In this document: positions 11,545 to 21,992 of the stretch, one piece after another
Layout of the letters: the number at the start of each line of letters is the position of its first letter
How positions within the stretch are numbered: position 1 is the first letter of the stretch
NCBI GenBank assembly: GCA_041674105.1
Contig: JBAYWK010000003.1
Coordinates: forward strand, 11,971 to 75,970
From: Minisyncoccota bacterium
Lineage (GTDB): Bacteria; Patescibacteriota; Minisyncoccia; Phycocordibacterales; DATDWN01
Direction: 5' to 3'
Length of the DNA: 64,000 nt
Position numbers and translations under genes: made by a program
The notes under the pieces: generated by a model
What the model was told of the DNA's origin: nothing
Seen by the model: the letters and a program-made list of their open reading frames with translations, nothing else
Databases searched by the model: none

Positions 11545-12126
11545 CTAAAACAGACTTTGAGTCTTTACTTCCAAAACAGGTTCCCAGTGTTTTGTATCTA
11601 GTTTTATTTCTTTTGTGAAAGGTCCTTCTTTGAAAATGAGTTTTTTGTTTTTCATTGCATACTCGTAGACATCTTTGGTAATTTTTACATCATCTAGACA
11701 ATATTTTCTTATCTTATCTATCTCACCCTTTTTCCACCAAACCACAGCTTCTAGGCCGTTTGCACTTTTATGTGATCCAAAAGTTCCTTCGGCAATTTGA
11801 TCCAGCTTCATTCTGCGACCATAAGTGTTTTTTATTTCTTTCAAGATATCCAACGATCTTATCTGGTTTAAATCTCCTAAACCAGCTTTCTTGTAGTATT
11901 TATTTAAAAGAGGAATGTCAAAGTGATCTCCATTGTAAGTAATAAATAAATCTGCTTTTCCGATTATTTCCCACATTCCCCCAAACTCCTCTTGTGTAAA
12001 ACTTGCATAAGAATTTGTTTCGTAATCATAAAGTCCGACAATAGATATGTCCAAATCTACAGGATCATTTGAACCAACATCTTGAAATATATTTTTAGTT
12101 TCTATATCAAATACAATCTTACGCAT
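11545..12126 (-). CDS. RNase H-like fold 3'-5' exonuclease domain protein (PolB-exo/YprB-like)
   Basis: Exo I-like FDIET, then YNGDHFDIP and a downstream acidic motif. Size about 190 aa. Confidence 0.5.
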   Translation of the reverse strand: MRKIVFDIETKNIFQDVGSNDPVDLDISIVGLYDYETNSYASFTQEEFGGMWEIIGKADLFITYNGDHFDIPLLNKYYKKAGLGDLNQIRSLDILKEIKNTYGRRMKLDQIAEGTFGSHKSANGLEAVVWWKKGEIDKIRKYCLDDVKITKDVYEYAMKNKKLIFKEGPFTKEIKLDTKHWEPVLEVKTQSLF

Positions 12127-13412
12127 TATTGTGTTTTTTTAATTATTTCTACGATTTCAGAAACAGTAACTTTATTTTCATTTTCAGACTCTAGATGCTT
12201 TAATGTGTACTTGTCACTTTTTATTTCATAATCTCCGATAGCCAAGAAGTAGGGAACTTTTTGTTTCAGAGCCAACTTAACTTGGTCACCAATTTTTTTA
12301 TTTGTTAGGTTCACTGTTACATTTATTCCTTCCGATCTAAGAGCGTTTGCTAAATACTGCGCATTTTGGATAAATTCTTCTTTAACAGTACCAATAAATA
12401 GTCTTGATGATGAAGTATAATGAGGTAACAAGTTGTGTGTTTCTAGAAAATCTCTAGCGGTTACATCACCGGCACCAAATCCTATTGCTGGTACTTTTTG
12501 ACTACCAAAAATATCTAAAAGATCATCATACCTGCCACCTCCAAATATAGATCGGTTATTTTCTGGTGATGTATCAAAAACCTCGAAAACAGTTCCGGTA
12601 TAATAGTCAAAACCTCTCATAAGAGTTGGGTCAAATTTAATATTTTTTATACCATTTGCTTCTAAAGTTTCTATGAGAACAACCAGATCTTCCACATTCT
12701 TATTTTCACTTCCAAGTGTATTTAGTAGTATTTCGTTTGAAGATATCATCCTTATAAAATCTTTAGTTTTTTCTCCTAAAACTTCCTCAACACTAGTTTT
12801 GAAAATATCTTCACTTATTTTATCTTTCTTATCTATTATTTTTGAAAGTTTGTGACTGTTATCTTCTGGAATAGAAAAATGTTTATAAAGGTCTTTTAGT
12901 ATCTTTCTACTGTTTAGTCTTATTATGAAATCTTCATCTTTTGCCCCATAATTTTTCATTATAGTATAGGCGATTTTTATTACTTCACTGTCGGCATTCT
13001 TTGATTCAATACCAAAAAGGTCAACATTCAACTGCCAGTGTTCACGGAGCCTTCCTCTTTGTGGTTTCTCATATCTGAAAAGATTTGGAATTGAAAACCA
13101 TCTTAGGGGAAAGGGAAGTTCTTTTTCTCTGGCTGCGACCATTCTAGCTACAGTGGGAGTCATTTCTGGTCTCAAAGTGACTTCTCTTTCGCCTCTATCT
13201 ATAAAAGTATAAGTTTGTTCATTTACAATTTCTTCTCCAGATTTTGCTTTGTAAAGTTCGGCAGATTCTAAAATAGACGCATCGTATTGTGTGTATCCAA
13301 AAGACTCTACCGTTTTTTTCCATATATCAAATATGTAGTTTAGGACAAACATATCTTCTGGGTAAAAATCCCTTACTCCTTTGTAACTTTCTGTGCTGAT
13401 TTTTTGTGACAT
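12126..13412 (-). CDS. hisS: Histidyl-tRNA synthetase
   Basis: Class II motifs (RYEKPQRGRLREHWQ, GGGRYDDL, RGFDYYTGTVFE) and a C-terminal anticodon-binding domain. Confidence 0.85.
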   Translation of the reverse strand: MSQKISTESYKGVRDFYPEDMFVLNYIFDIWKKTVESFGYTQYDASILESAELYKAKSGEEIVNEQTYTFIDRGEREVTLRPEMTPTVARMVAAREKELPFPLRWFSIPNLFRYEKPQRGRLREHWQLNVDLFGIESKNADSEVIKIAYTIMKNYGAKDEDFIIRLNSRKILKDLYKHFSIPEDNSHKLSKIIDKKDKISEDIFKTSVEEVLGEKTKDFIRMISSNEILLNTLGSENKNVEDLVVLIETLEANGIKNIKFDPTLMRGFDYYTGTVFEVFDTSPENNRSIFGGGRYDDLLDIFGSQKVPAIGFGAGDVTARDFLETHNLLPHYTSSSRLFIGTVKEEFIQNAQYLANALRSEGINVTVNLTNKKIGDQVKLALKQKVPYFLAIGDYEIKSDKYTLKHLESENENKVTVSEIVEIIKKTQ

Positions 13413-13477
13413 AGTGTATATATAAATAAAATGATAGAATCTCTTTTTAAGTTTATCTTTTATAGTTTATATAAAAA

Positions 13478-14236
13478 ATGACCAATATACAAGAAGATAA
13501 TATCCATTTGGCCTATAAAAATACCGGAGAAACACCAAAAGAGTGCTTAGAAAGGTATAAATCCGAAAATCCTAATCTAGAGAGCGTTCCTATGACATAC
13601 GCTGGCAGGCTAGATCCAATGGCCGAAGGGGTTTTAATTTTACTTTCAGGAGAAGCCATAGAAAAAAAAGAAGATTTTTTAGATCTTCCCAAAACTTATG
13701 TGTTTGAAATATTGTGGGGAGTAAAAACTGATACAGGAGATGTTCTTGGTCTTATCGATAAAGAAGAAGAAAAAATTCCAAAAGAAGAAGATGTTAGAGG
13801 TGTCTTGGAAAAAAGTTTAGGCGATTTTATTCAAAAATATCCAGCTTATTCTTCAAAACCAGTAAATGGAAAACCTCTTTTTCTTTGGGCTAGAGAAGGG
13901 AAGCTTGAGGAAATAGAAATTCCAGAACATGAAGTCTCTCTGTATAGAGCAAGGTTTTTAGAAAGAAAAGAAATTGATTCCATTCTTTTATTAAAAGAAA
14001 TAAAAGAAAAGATAGGTAAAGTTAAAGGTGATTTTAGACAAGAAGAAATAATTTCAAAGTGGAGTGATTTATTTGAAGATAAGAAAAGTAGATTTACTAT
14101 TGATAAAATTGAAGTTGAGGTTTCTTCTGGTTTCTACATAAGACAGTTTACAGAAGATTTAGCAGAAAAACTTAGTACAGTTGCCTTGACAAGTCATATA
14201 TTACGAACAAAAGTTGGGAATTACGAAGCCTTGTAA
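13478..14236 (+). CDS. truB: tRNA pseudouridine synthase (TruB family)
   Basis: Catalytic Asp motif YAGRLDPMAEGVLILL (GTLDPxAxG-like). Confidence 0.75.
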   Translation: MTNIQEDNIHLAYKNTGETPKECLERYKSENPNLESVPMTYAGRLDPMAEGVLILLSGEAIEKKEDFLDLPKTYVFEILWGVKTDTGDVLGLIDKEEEKIPKEEDVRGVLEKSLGDFIQKYPAYSSKPVNGKPLFLWAREGKLEEIEIPEHEVSLYRARFLERKEIDSILLLKEIKEKIGKVKGDFRQEEIISKWSDLFEDKKSRFTIDKIEVEVSSGFYIRQFTEDLAEKLSTVALTSHILRTKVGNYEAL

Positions 14237-14299
14237 TTATTTCTATAAGATGGTTTAATACAAAGTAGAAAGGGATTCATGGCCAGTTTCAACCCGGAT

Positions 14300-14482
14300 A
14301 TCGAATATTTCGTGAGGGAACTCTTTAACTTTGACGGAGAGAGGAAGGAGGAAAAAAAAGTTCGTCCGTTGAAAAGGCCTAGTAGAAATCACAGGGGCAC
14401 AGAGATGAAGCCTCCAAGGAGTCGTCCGTGCGCCTGCTATCGCGCACGGTAAACCCAAGCCCCCACAATTGTGGGGGCTTTT
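14300..14482 (+). ncRNA. GC-rich, hairpin-dense intergenic segment. Candidate structured RNA of unknown family, ending in a terminator.
   Basis: About 50% GC in a ~33% GC genome. Hairpins CCGTGCGC-ctgctat-GCGCACGG and GCCCCCACAATTGTGGGGGC + TTTT. No convincing ORF. Confidence 0.25.
14459..14482. terminator. Perfect 20-bp palindrome GCCCCCACAATTGTGGGGGC followed by a T-run
   Basis: Seen directly. Likely a terminator between convergent truB (+) and typA (-). Confidence 0.5.
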
Positions 14483-14572
14483 AAATTTAGGAAAATTTAG
14501 AATCATTCCAGGTTATTTTGGTAGGTTTAGTTTTCTGATGAAATTTTTATTTAAGTAGGCAAGGCTTTTGAA

Positions 14573-14704
14573 GCAACACATCTCTGGAGCCTCTGCAGGC
14601 CTTGAGCAGGGTTTCGTCAAGGCACCTCGTTCTTGACGAATCAAGGCCGAGGACAGTTCTTCAAACTCGCTGGAGTTTGTGAGGGTGCGATAGAAGTGTG
14701 TTGC
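14573..14704 (+). repeat. 132-nt structured repeat element, copy 1 (ncRNA or MITE-like)
   Basis: About 88% identical to 22920..23051. Terminal stem GCAACACA/TGTGTTGC. Internal stems GGCCTTGA/TCAAGGCC and TTCGTCAAG/CTTGACGAA. Confidence 0.6.
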
Positions 14705-14746
14705 GGAAAAAACCGAGAATGGTTTTTATTTTATGTGTTTGTGGAT

Positions 14747-16501
14747 TTACTTCTTAAAAACCTTTTTTCTCAATCTGACGGATTTTGGAGTTATCTCTAT
14801 AAACTCATCTTCAGCCATTATTTCCATAGCTTTTTCTATATCTAGTTTGTAAGCTGGAGCAAGAAAGATGCCGTCATCAGAGCCAGAAGCACGCATATTT
14901 GTAAGTTGTTTTCCTTTTATAGGGTTTACTTGCAGGTCGTCTCCTTTTGAAACATTTCCAATAACCATCCCTTCGTAGACTTCCATTCCGGGTTCTACAT
15001 ATAGAGTTCCTCTTTGTTGTAGGTTATCCAAAGCAAAAGCTAAAACTTTTCCTTTCATCATAGAAACCATAGATCCTAAATGAGTCTTTTTTATTTCTCC
15101 AACATAAGCTCTAAATTCTACAAATCTGCTAGAAAGTATCCCTTGACCTTTTGTATCTACTACAAATTGTCCTCTATAACCCAAAAGTCCTCTAGTTGGT
15201 ATTTCAAAAGTTAGTCTTTGGGTGGTATCTTCTTGTTTTATATTCGTTATTATTCCTTTTCTACTTGTCAGTGTACTTATCACAGTACTTGCAGATTCAT
15301 TTGGAACATCAATAATTACTTCTTCAAAGGGTTCTACTTGGACACCGTCTACTTCTTTCAAAATAACTTGAGGCTGTGATACTTGAACTTCATATCCTTC
15401 TCTTCTCATATTTTCCAAAAGTACAGCGATGTGTAGTTCACCCCTACCATATACTGTGTAATATTCATTGTTATTCCAATCAACTTTTAGCCCGACATTA
15501 ACTTCGAGTTCTTTTTCCAATCTTTCTCTTATTTGTCTTCCTGTAACAAATTTTCCTTCAAGTCCGGCAAAAGGAGAGTTGTTTACTAGAAAGTTTAAAG
15601 ATATTGTTGGTTCATCTATTTTAATTGTAGGAAGTGGTTCTGCATTTTCATCTTTGCAAATTGTATCTCCAATATAAATAGTCGGAAGACCAGCGATCAT
15701 TACAATATCTCCTGAAAAGGCTTCGTTGGCTTCTACTCTTTCTGTTCCTTTAAATGTAAAGAGTTTTGTTATTTTTCCAGAAACTGTTTCAGTATTATGT
15801 TGTTTAAAAAAAATTTGTTCTCCGGTTTTTATGACGCCATCGTAGACTCTACATATAGCTAGTCTGCCCATAAAGTTATCATAAGCTAAATTGAAAGTCT
15901 GAAGTTTGGCTGGGGCATTTAAGTCGCCGTTTGCTATGGGTACTATTTCTAGTATCGTATCTAAAAGAGGAGTCAGGTCTTTTGAACCATCACTAAGTTT
16001 TCTTTTAGCAATACCTTCTCTACCAATAGCATATATGGTAGTGAAATCCAGTTGCTCATCGTTTGCCCCAAGTTCCATAAATAATTCCAAAATCATCTCG
16101 TGAACTTCATCTGGTCTAGCTGCTGGTTTGTCTATTTTATTTATAACTACAATCGGTTTTAATCCAAGTTCTAGAGATTTTTTAAGCACAAATCTGGTCT
16201 GGGGCATAGGACCTTCTTGAGCATCTACAAGTAGCAAAACACAGTCAATAGACCTGAGAACTCTTTCTACCTCAGAACCAAAGTCAGCGTGGCCTGGTGT
16301 ATCTACGATGTTTATCTTTGTACCTTTGTAGTCTATAGATGTGTTTTTTGAATATATAGTAATACCTCTCTCAAGCTCTAAAGCATTGGAGTCCATAGTA
16401 GCTCCTTCAAGAGACATACCTGTCTGGCGCATCAAAGCATCGGTCAGAGTTGTCTTACCGTGGTCTACGTGAGCTATTATTGCGATATTTCTTATTTCCA
16501 T
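14747..16501 (-). CDS. typA: Translational GTPase TypA/BipA
   Basis: G-domain AIIAHVDHGKTT, DTPGHADF, NKID. Start re-set to MEIRNIAIIAHVDHGK (ATG at 16501). Confidence 0.9.
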   Translation of the reverse strand: MEIRNIAIIAHVDHGKTTLTDALMRQTGMSLEGATMDSNALELERGITIYSKNTSIDYKGTKINIVDTPGHADFGSEVERVLRSIDCVLLLVDAQEGPMPQTRFVLKKSLELGLKPIVVINKIDKPAARPDEVHEMILELFMELGANDEQLDFTTIYAIGREGIAKRKLSDGSKDLTPLLDTILEIVPIANGDLNAPAKLQTFNLAYDNFMGRLAICRVYDGVIKTGEQIFFKQHNTETVSGKITKLFTFKGTERVEANEAFSGDIVMIAGLPTIYIGDTICKDENAEPLPTIKIDEPTISLNFLVNNSPFAGLEGKFVTGRQIRERLEKELEVNVGLKVDWNNNEYYTVYGRGELHIAVLLENMRREGYEVQVSQPQVILKEVDGVQVEPFEEVIIDVPNESASTVISTLTSRKGIITNIKQEDTTQRLTFEIPTRGLLGYRGQFVVDTKGQGILSSRFVEFRAYVGEIKKTHLGSMVSMMKGKVLAFALDNLQQRGTLYVEPGMEVYEGMVIGNVSKGDDLQVNPIKGKQLTNMRASGSDDGIFLAPAYKLDIEKAMEIMAEDEFIEITPKSVRLRKKVFKK

Positions 16502-16651
16502 AATAAAAATTAGTGTTTTTAAAAATCGTTTCCAGAGAAAGCCAAACGAAATCCTATTAAAGCATAAAATAGGGCTTTTGGTCAATGATTTGTTGTTATG
16601 TCCCATAATAACTTAATTGTTTATAACAATATTTTGTATCAAAATATGGGA

Positions 16652-16681
16652 TTGACAAAATGATGCTAAATATGCTATAAT
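16652..16681 (+). promoter_or_regulatory. Canonical sigma70 promoter (TTGACA-18-TATAAT) for the 16750 gene
   Basis: TTGACA at 16652-16657 and TATAAT at 16676-16681. Confidence 0.55.
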
Positions 16682-16749
16682 ATAAGGTAGAAATCAGGTA
16701 GGGCGAAAGTCCAAAATAAAGCCTGTTTTGACAGAAAGGAAAACTGACC

Positions 16750-17424
16750 ATGATGGAAAACAACACCATGCTCGGAAAGACCGTCGTTTTGCTTTGCAAA
16801 ATGACCGAGGGGCTCGGACTCGTGTTCGACCTCCTAGAGAAGATGAATTCCGTAGAAGGGGAAAGGTGGCGAGAAAATCTGGCAAAGTTCCTCCGCAAGG
16901 AACCCTGCTGGGGTAGTGGCCAAGTCACGCAAGTGACCCAACCGAAACCCACGCCCTCGATCCTCGAGCTCGTCGGGACGACCACAATCTCCGCAACTAC
17001 GGGCAAGTTCGTAGCCAAAGAGAAGTTTATGGTCGGTACCAAGCATAACGCTCCGGTAAAGATTAGTTATCTCAATGATGACTTCATCACATCGTTTCTA
17101 CAATGTGACAGCAAGATTGAAAACCCGGTGGGTGAACATATTTTAGGTCACTATAAGTTGAGACGATCATCACCGGATGATCTAATCATCGCCGAACTTG
17201 GCGGTCTCGAGAAGGTGGAAACAACACTCTCTGAGATATTTTTTGTAATGAAAGATAAAAAGAAAAGAGATATATTAAGAAGATGTCGCAATATTTTTTA
17301 TATTAAAGACATCTCTGGAGCACTTCGCGTCATTGATGTTGAGGTGTACGAGGATAGGTTGTGTATTTATGCCTATCCTATAGGAAATTCAATTTGGCAT
17401 AGCGGAGATTGTGTTTTTTGTTAA
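16750..17424 (+). CDS. Hypothetical protein, GC-rich solitary gene (224 aa)
   Basis: RBS AAGGAAA. GC about 50% vs genome 33%. Own promoter and terminator. No recognisable motifs. Confidence 0.5.
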   Translation: MMENNTMLGKTVVLLCKMTEGLGLVFDLLEKMNSVEGERWRENLAKFLRKEPCWGSGQVTQVTQPKPTPSILELVGTTTISATTGKFVAKEKFMVGTKHNAPVKISYLNDDFITSFLQCDSKIENPVGEHILGHYKLRRSSPDDLIIAELGGLEKVETTLSEIFFVMKDKKKRDILRRCRNIFYIKDISGALRVIDVEVYEDRLCIYAYPIGNSIWHSGDCVFC

Positions 17425-17439
17425 GTAGTTAACATTTTA

Positions 17440-17481
17440 AGACCCTCGGTCTGCTTTGGCAGACAGAGGGTCTTTTTTTGT
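17440..17481 (+). terminator. Rho-independent terminator
   Basis: AGACCCTCGGTCTGC-tttg-GCAGACAGAGGGTCT followed by TTTTTTT. Confidence 0.7.
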
Positions 17482-17526
17482 GTATTTCTTTTCACTATTT
17501 TATTTTTCTTTTGGTATAATAATTGA

Positions 17527-17781
17527 ATGGAAAATATTACTCCTCCAAATTTTATAAAAAACATTCCAGAGGTAGGTTCGTTTCTTGTTTTGCATTCTTC
17601 AATACTTTATATAATCTTGGGAATATTTTTTTTGGGCTATTTGGTAGTTTCTACAATACTTATTTATCATTGGAATACTTATGGTATGAGGGCTCAAGGT
17701 GTCATAGTAGCTGAGATATTGTATTTATTTGTTTCTCTTTCTTTATTCTCCATTGCAGTATTATCTTTATATTATTTTTAA
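17527..17781 (+). CDS. Small membrane protein (2 TM), hypothetical
   Basis: Hydrophobic segments. Directly precedes the bPH gene. Confidence 0.4.
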   Translation: MENITPPNFIKNIPEVGSFLVLHSSILYIILGIFFLGYLVVSTILIYHWNTYGMRAQGVIVAEILYLFVSLSLFSIAVLSLYYF

Positions 17782-17786
17782 ACTAT

Positions 17787-18326
17787 ATGGTACATAAAGC
17801 TTTAAATTTGGATCCGGATGAAAATGTTTTAATAGAAGTCAGAAGGCATTGGATAATTTTTCTAGGTCATGCTGTCGCTTTGCTATTTTCAGCTGTTTTA
17901 CCTTTTATTATATTTACTATGTTAAAGATGTTTGCTCCTTCTTTTTTGGATTTAGTAACAATACAAGGAAACAACTATGCTTTATTTACTTTTCTTTATT
18001 CACTTTGGCTTTTATTTTTATGGGTTTCTTTCTTTGTGGAGTGGACAAAATATTATTTGGATGTTTGGTATGTCACAGAGAAAAGAATAATAGATATAGA
18101 CCAAAGAAGTCTTTTTTCGCGAGAAGTATCAAATCTACGGTTTGACAGAATACAAGATGTCACTGTAGATACTCATGGTTTTTGGGCAACACTTTTTGGT
18201 TTTGGAAATATAAGAGTTCAAACAGCAGCAGAGGATTCTACCAGTTTTTATATGTCTACTGTAGCAAATCCTGAGGCTTTGAGAAGAGTTATTTTTAACC
18301 AACAAAATCTATCTTTGAGAAACTAG
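17787..18326 (+). CDS. Bacterial PH-domain (bPH_2/YdbT-like) membrane protein
   Basis: N-terminal TM hairpin, then VLIEVRRHWIIFL ... FGFGNIRVQT, typical of the bPH_2 family. Confidence 0.6.
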   Translation: MVHKALNLDPDENVLIEVRRHWIIFLGHAVALLFSAVLPFIIFTMLKMFAPSFLDLVTIQGNNYALFTFLYSLWLLFLWVSFFVEWTKYYLDVWYVTEKRIIDIDQRSLFSREVSNLRFDRIQDVTVDTHGFWATLFGFGNIRVQTAAEDSTSFYMSTVANPEALRRVIFNQQNLSLRN

Positions 18327-18379
18327 TTTTTGTTTTCTGTTGTTGCGTGTTAAAATGTCTTCCGTTAATCATTTAATAA

Positions 18380-19699
<1,320 letters not shown>

Positions 19700-19736
19700 C
19701 TGATATTAAGTAAATTGTAGTATAATTTTAAGTGCT

Positions 19737-21245
19737 ATGAATAAACACAAACAAGTGGTTTTAATTATTTTGGATGGTTGGGGGTACAGACAAGAAGAGA
19801 AGGACAACGCCATAGCTGAGGCAAACACTCCTATCTTTGATAACTTGTGGAAAAATTATCCTCATTCACTTTTAGAAGCTTCTGGTGAAGCTGTCGGGTT
19901 ACCTGTTGGACAAATGGGAAATAGTGAAGTCGGACATATGACTATTGGCGCGGGTAGACCACTTGATCAAGATTTGGTTCGTATAAAAAAAGCTATAGAT
20001 TCTGGAGAATATGCAAAAAATCCAGCATTTTTGGCTTTGTTTGATCATGTAAAAAAGAATAATTCTACTTTACATGTCCAAGGACTTCTTTCTGATGGGG
20101 GTGTGCATAGTCATATGGAACATCTTTTTGCTTTTTTAAAAGCGGCTAGAGAGAATGGTGTAAAAAGAGTGGCTATTCATGTCTTTACAGACGGTCGTGA
20201 TACTGCTCCACAAAGTGGTGCTGGTTATATTAAGAAATTGGAAGAGATTTTAGAGCAGGTTGGTATCGGTTTTATTGCTTCTATATCTGGACGCTTTTAT
20301 GCTATGGATAGGGATAATAACTGGGACAGGTTGGATAAAGTAGAAAAAGCTCTTTTTGAGTGTAAAGGAAATGTTTGTACTTTAAAACCTTCTGAATATG
20401 TTGAAAGTTTATATAAAGAAAATAAAATAGACGAAACTCTGGAGCCTATAGTCTGCCTTGGCCCAGATGGAAAAGGTTGTGCTATAGAAGCACATGACGG
20501 TGTTTTCTTTTTCAACTTTAGGTCTGATAGAGCTAGGATGATTTCTTCAAAAATATTGGAAAAGACAGACAAAGAAGATATTTGTTTTGTCACTCTTACA
20601 GAATATGAAATAGAGTTTAAATGTTTGGTGGCTTTTCCTCCAGAAATTATTTGTTCTACTTTAGCAAAGGAGATTTCAGTTGCTGGAATGACACAGGCCC
20701 ACATTGCTGAAACAGAAAAATTCCCACACGCCACATATTTTCTAAATGGTGGTGTAGAAAAACCTTATCCAGGCGAGGAACACATTCTTATTCCTAGTCA
20801 GAAGGAATTTTCAACACACGACTTGGCTCCAAAAATGCAAGCAGAAGGGATTGCAAACAAAGCCATTGAACAAATAGGAAAAGGCACACAGTTTATTTTT
20901 ATAAATATCGCTAATGCGGATATGGTTGGGCATACTGCAAATGTACCAGCCATAATAGAATCTGTAGAGGAAGCAGATAGGCAACTCGGTAGGATACTAG
21001 AGGCTTTGGACAAAACCGATGGAGTAGCACTTATAACAGCAGATCATGGTAATGCGGAAATAAACATAGACCCTGTGACAAGCAACAAACATACTTCACA
21101 CACAATAAACCCTGTGCCGGCAATTATTACAGATAAAAACTATAAACTAAATACAGGAAATTTGGCGGATATTGCTCCCACAATTTTAACTATTTTGAGT
21201 TTACCTGTACCAGACTGTATGACTGGAAAAGTGTTGGTTTCTTAG
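19737..21245 (+). CDS. gpmI: 2,3-bisphosphoglycerate-independent phosphoglycerate mutase
   Basis: LDGWGY and GNSEVGH N-terminal motifs, TADHGN C-terminal metal site. About 500 aa. Confidence 0.9.
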   Translation: MNKHKQVVLIILDGWGYRQEEKDNAIAEANTPIFDNLWKNYPHSLLEASGEAVGLPVGQMGNSEVGHMTIGAGRPLDQDLVRIKKAIDSGEYAKNPAFLALFDHVKKNNSTLHVQGLLSDGGVHSHMEHLFAFLKAARENGVKRVAIHVFTDGRDTAPQSGAGYIKKLEEILEQVGIGFIASISGRFYAMDRDNNWDRLDKVEKALFECKGNVCTLKPSEYVESLYKENKIDETLEPIVCLGPDGKGCAIEAHDGVFFFNFRSDRARMISSKILEKTDKEDICFVTLTEYEIEFKCLVAFPPEIICSTLAKEISVAGMTQAHIAETEKFPHATYFLNGGVEKPYPGEEHILIPSQKEFSTHDLAPKMQAEGIANKAIEQIGKGTQFIFINIANADMVGHTANVPAIIESVEEADRQLGRILEALDKTDGVALITADHGNAEINIDPVTSNKHTSHTINPVPAIITDKNYKLNTGNLADIAPTILTILSLPVPDCMTGKVLVS

Positions 21246-21311
21246 TTTGACTTAAATGTCTTTTTGCATTATAATTCTTGACTGATTTCAGTTCTTTGAA
21301 GGAGAGTTATT

Positions 21312-21857
21312 TTGCCGTTTGAAAAGCGAGCTTTCGTTTTCATTGGGTTTCCCGGATCTGGCAAAGGCGAACACTGTTCGTACTTACAACGATATCACGG
21401 GCTACATCATGTGCCCGTTGGAGACATCCTAAAAGAGGATCCAGAATTATCACCGTATACAAGCGAGGGTATACTGTGTCCATTTGAGAAGGTAAAGAGT
21501 GTTTTAGAAAGAGAGGTCAGAAAAGCCGATTCTAAAGACATTGTTTTAGATGGCGCTCCGAGAAATAGAGATCAGGTTAGTCTTGTTATGAATATTTTGG
21601 AAGGGTGTCTTGTAACATACATCCTTCTGCATTGTGAATGGATAACAGCCTTCAATCGGGCTATTTCTAGACCCAGGTCTGACAGCAAGCCCGAAATAAT
21701 ATCCAGAAGGTTGAATGAGTATATGCTAAATATAGATCATATCATACAAGAATTAAAGGAGAGGCATCAGACTGTGGTGAAGATTAGTTCTGAACCTCCT
21801 ATTGAAGAGGTTAGGGTGGAGTTGTTGGAGAAGGTTATTTCTCCTGTCTTTGTTTGA
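21312..21857 (+). CDS. Adenylate-kinase-family NMP kinase, GC-rich (TTG start)
   Basis: P-loop GFPGSGKG, VPVGDILKE (NMP-binding-like), DGAPRNRDQ. RBS GAAGGAGAG. GC about 48%. Confidence 0.6.
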   Translation: MPFEKRAFVFIGFPGSGKGEHCSYLQRYHGLHHVPVGDILKEDPELSPYTSEGILCPFEKVKSVLEREVRKADSKDIVLDGAPRNRDQVSLVMNILEGCLVTYILLHCEWITAFNRAISRPRSDSKPEIISRRLNEYMLNIDHIIQELKERHQTVVKISSEPPIEEVRVELLEKVISPVFV

Positions 21858-21866
21858 ACCACTTTG

Positions 21867-21893
21867 GCGGGCCGGAAACGGCCTGCTTTTTTT
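21867..21893 (+). terminator. Rho-independent terminator
   Basis: GCGGGCCG-gaaa-CGGCCTGC followed by TTTTTTT. Confidence 0.7.
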
Positions 21894-21992
21894 ATGAAAA
21901 AATTAGACCGAAGGGTTGACAAATAAGCTGATTTTGTGTAGGTTTATGGCGCTGCCCAAGAGGGCACTAGTTCAGTTCTTTGAGAGGTGCTT

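Noticed and set aside
14330-14460. Short strings resembling RNase P RNA conserved regions (GGAGGAAA; GCACGGTAAACCC) and, further on, GGGTGCGATAGAAG inside the repeat
   Set aside because: Only about 110 nt separate them, and the P4 (GUCCGGGC) and ACAGAACCCGGCUUA regions are absent. The segments are out of order relative to RNase P. Retained only as an unassigned structured region.
14255-14506. 83-aa minus-strand ORF (MILNFPKF...)
   Set aside because: Lies entirely in the GC-rich hairpin region, has a low-complexity product, and no RBS. Most likely a spurious frame across structured DNA.
16596-17046. Several 60-150-aa ORFs on both strands (16596-17042 -, 16694-16885 -, 16728-16916 +, 16834-17046 -)
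   Set aside because: All overlap the promoter and coding region of the 16750-17424 gene in GC-rich sequence, where long spurious frames are expected.
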